Assembly: GCA_951406725.2 (NCBI GenBank) | Contig: OX597830.1 | Coordinates: 46,190,001 to 46,254,000 of the forward strand | Direction of reading: 5' to 3' | DNA length: 64,000 nt | Source: Octopus vulgaris | Lineage: Eukaryota | Part shown: in pieces, positions 62,096 to 64,000 of the stretch | Layout of the letters: the number at the start of each line of letters is the position of its first letter | Numbering within the stretch: position 1 is the first letter of the stretch | The notes under the pieces: model-generated | What the model saw: only the letters and a program-made list of their open reading frames with translations | Databases searched by the model: none | What the model was told of the DNA's origin: nothing | Program-made: the position numbers and the translations under genes

Positions 62096-63346
62096 ACAGG
62101 TTGTCAAGAAAGTTCTTGCGGTTTTTAACCTTTAAATTCAAGTGCACATATCTCGGCTCAAACAAAAGTTTATTAATCGAAATAAACACCATCAGAATCA
62201 ACACACTTTTGCCAACGCAAAACAAGTTTATTGATGCCAGTAGTGTAAAAATCCTGTGATCTGGTGGTGATGAAGTTGTTGCAGGCATGTTTGGTATTGT
62301 CTTGGTTTTTGAAGCATTTCCCATGCAGGAAGTTGTTGAGATGCTTGAATAAGTGGTAGTCAGTAGGCAAGAGGTCTGGGGAGTATGGCGGATGAGGCAG
62401 AGTTTCGCAGCTCAATTTGTTCAACTTCTGCAGAGTCAGTTGTGCGATGTGCAGCCGAACATTGTCGTGGAGAAGAATTGGTCCTTTTCTATTGACCAAT
62501 GCTGGCTGTTGTTGTCAGAGTTTCTTATGCATTTCATCCATTTGCTCACAGTAGTTCTCCGGATGAGACCAACCACAGACCACCAAGCAGTCACTATGAC
62601 CTCCTTTTGGTGCAACTTTGGCTTCGGAGAGTGTTGTGGAGCTTTGTCAGCATCCAACTACTGAGCTGAGCGTTACCGGTTGTCGTAAAGAATCCATTTT
62701 TCATCACAAAACACAATCCGGTCGAGAAACGGGTCGTTCTTATTGCGTAAAAGAAGGGAAGACGACACTTCAAAACGGCGTTTTTTTTTTTGTTGTCGTT
62801 CAATTTGTGTGGCACCCATTTCTCAAGTATTTTTGTTTTTCCAATCTCTTTCAAGTTGTTGGAATTTGTTGTATACGTTACGTCTAATTCAGAAGCAAGC
62901 TCTCGAACAGTTGTGCGTGGATTGGCTTCCACTAAGGCTCTTAGTTGATTGTCATCAAAAGCCGATGGTCGACCAGTACGCTTATCATCTTCAAGACTCT
63001 CGTCATCACTACGAAATTTCTTGAACCACCATTGTGCTGCACGTTCATTAGTGGTTCCTGGGTCAAAAGCATCATTGATATCGTGAGCTGTTTCAGCAGC
63101 TTTTCGGCCTAGCTTGAACTGGAATAAGAAAACTGTGCAAATTTACTTTTTGTCCATGTTGTATTCAACGTTCCAGAAAAAATGGCCTAATTATTCAAAA
63201 AGAAAAAGAGTAACACGATTAGATAAAGCGAGAAACGGGCTTTAAAATGATATATAAAGTCAAAGTAATTTAACAAAAATTAATTTGAAAATACATCACT
63301 TAAAACCAAAATTTAAAATTCCACAAGAACTTTCTTGACAACCTAA
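62096..63346 (-). mobile_element. Full-length decayed mariner transposon (Hsmar1/cecropia-like)
   Basis: TA-flanked TIRs AGGTTGTCAAGAAAGTTCTTGYGG, 1.25 kb in total. Confidence 0.93.
62173..63157 (-). pseudogene. Mariner transposase pseudogene
   Basis: MDKK*ICTVFLFQFKLGRKAAETA..., WVPHKL, HDN, HPPYSPDLLPTDYHLF; contains stops and frameshifts. Confidence 0.92.
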
Positions 63347-64000
63347 TATATAAAAAACATTGGCCTGACCCCCAACACAAGTGAAACAAAGGTTTTGTAC
63401 CAGCAATCACCAAACCCAACCATTCAGGCACATGAACAGATAATAGAAAATGTAGAACACTTCCAGTACCCAAGTGACAAAACACAGATATGGAAAAGGA
63501 GATGCGACACTGAACAAAATGTAAACTTTGCTTACCCAAGAAGAAAATGGGTTTATAAAGATCTTCACACAAGACAGATTACCAAACTTATTGTGTACCA
63601 GGTTCCCGGTTTATGATTAAACTCTCTCTGAACCCTGGACAAGTCATAGGTAGCATTTCAATGAAATGTCTGAGGAAAAGCATGCAGCTTCAACATTGAA
63701 GAGATGTTTGAACAATTGACATCTCTTGTTTTGAAACCATTATTTCATTCAGTTGGCCATGTCAAGAGAAAGCAAAACAATGGTTGCCCAAACAACTGAT
63801 TTCTTCTCATTTGAATGGAGGAAGGCACACACAAGGCAGATAAAAGAAGCTATCCAAAGACATACTGGAAGGAAAGGTAAAAAGAATGTGCCATCAATGT
63901 GTAAAAGTAAGAAATGTAGTCCAGTGGCCCAACACTTTCTGACAGAGGACACTGAACACCTCAACAATAAAAAACAAGTTTAGAAAACAACGTGAAGAGG

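Larger units (their letters stand above)
59300..63985 (+). mobile_element. Old, heavily decayed RTE LINE interrupted by two DNA elements
   Basis: Endonuclease remnants (FGSWN, ICREL...TALNE, SARV...WNGTIGK...NSNSVLL) and RT remnants (CGNHRGI, FDLIKAF, GVMQGCV, YADN, IGLTPNTSETKV, VEHFQYP). Confidence 0.75.

Overview
AT-rich, microsatellite- and transposon-dense eukaryotic genomic DNA. The repeat content suggests an octopus-like coleoid cephalopod, but that is an inference. The first half carries the last 13 coding exons of a plus-strand lysosomal beta-mannosidase gene (MANBA, glycoside hydrolase family 2) at 15..32554. These splice in frame to about 707 aa, include both catalytic glutamate motifs ([14 protein letters not shown]), and lack the 5' exons, which lie outside the window. 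The rest is intron and intergenic DNA filled with tRNA-derived SINEs, RTE, CR1 and R4-type LINE fragments, piggyBac-type and mariner MITEs, a full-length decayed mariner, Helitron-type elements and tandem repeats. The least obvious signal is a population of Penelope-like element (PLE) remnants carrying type I hammerhead ribozyme folds. These include two families with the compensatory U3-A8 core, variants with very long stem II, and a 210-bp near-perfect foldback holding two hammerheads in a MANBA intron. One PLE end runs from the GIY-YIG C-terminus into a tRNA-like Pol III cassette and then a hammerhead. A weakly supported spliced minus-strand transcript may occupy 36.6-58.2 kb. All calls were made by eye, with no database searches.
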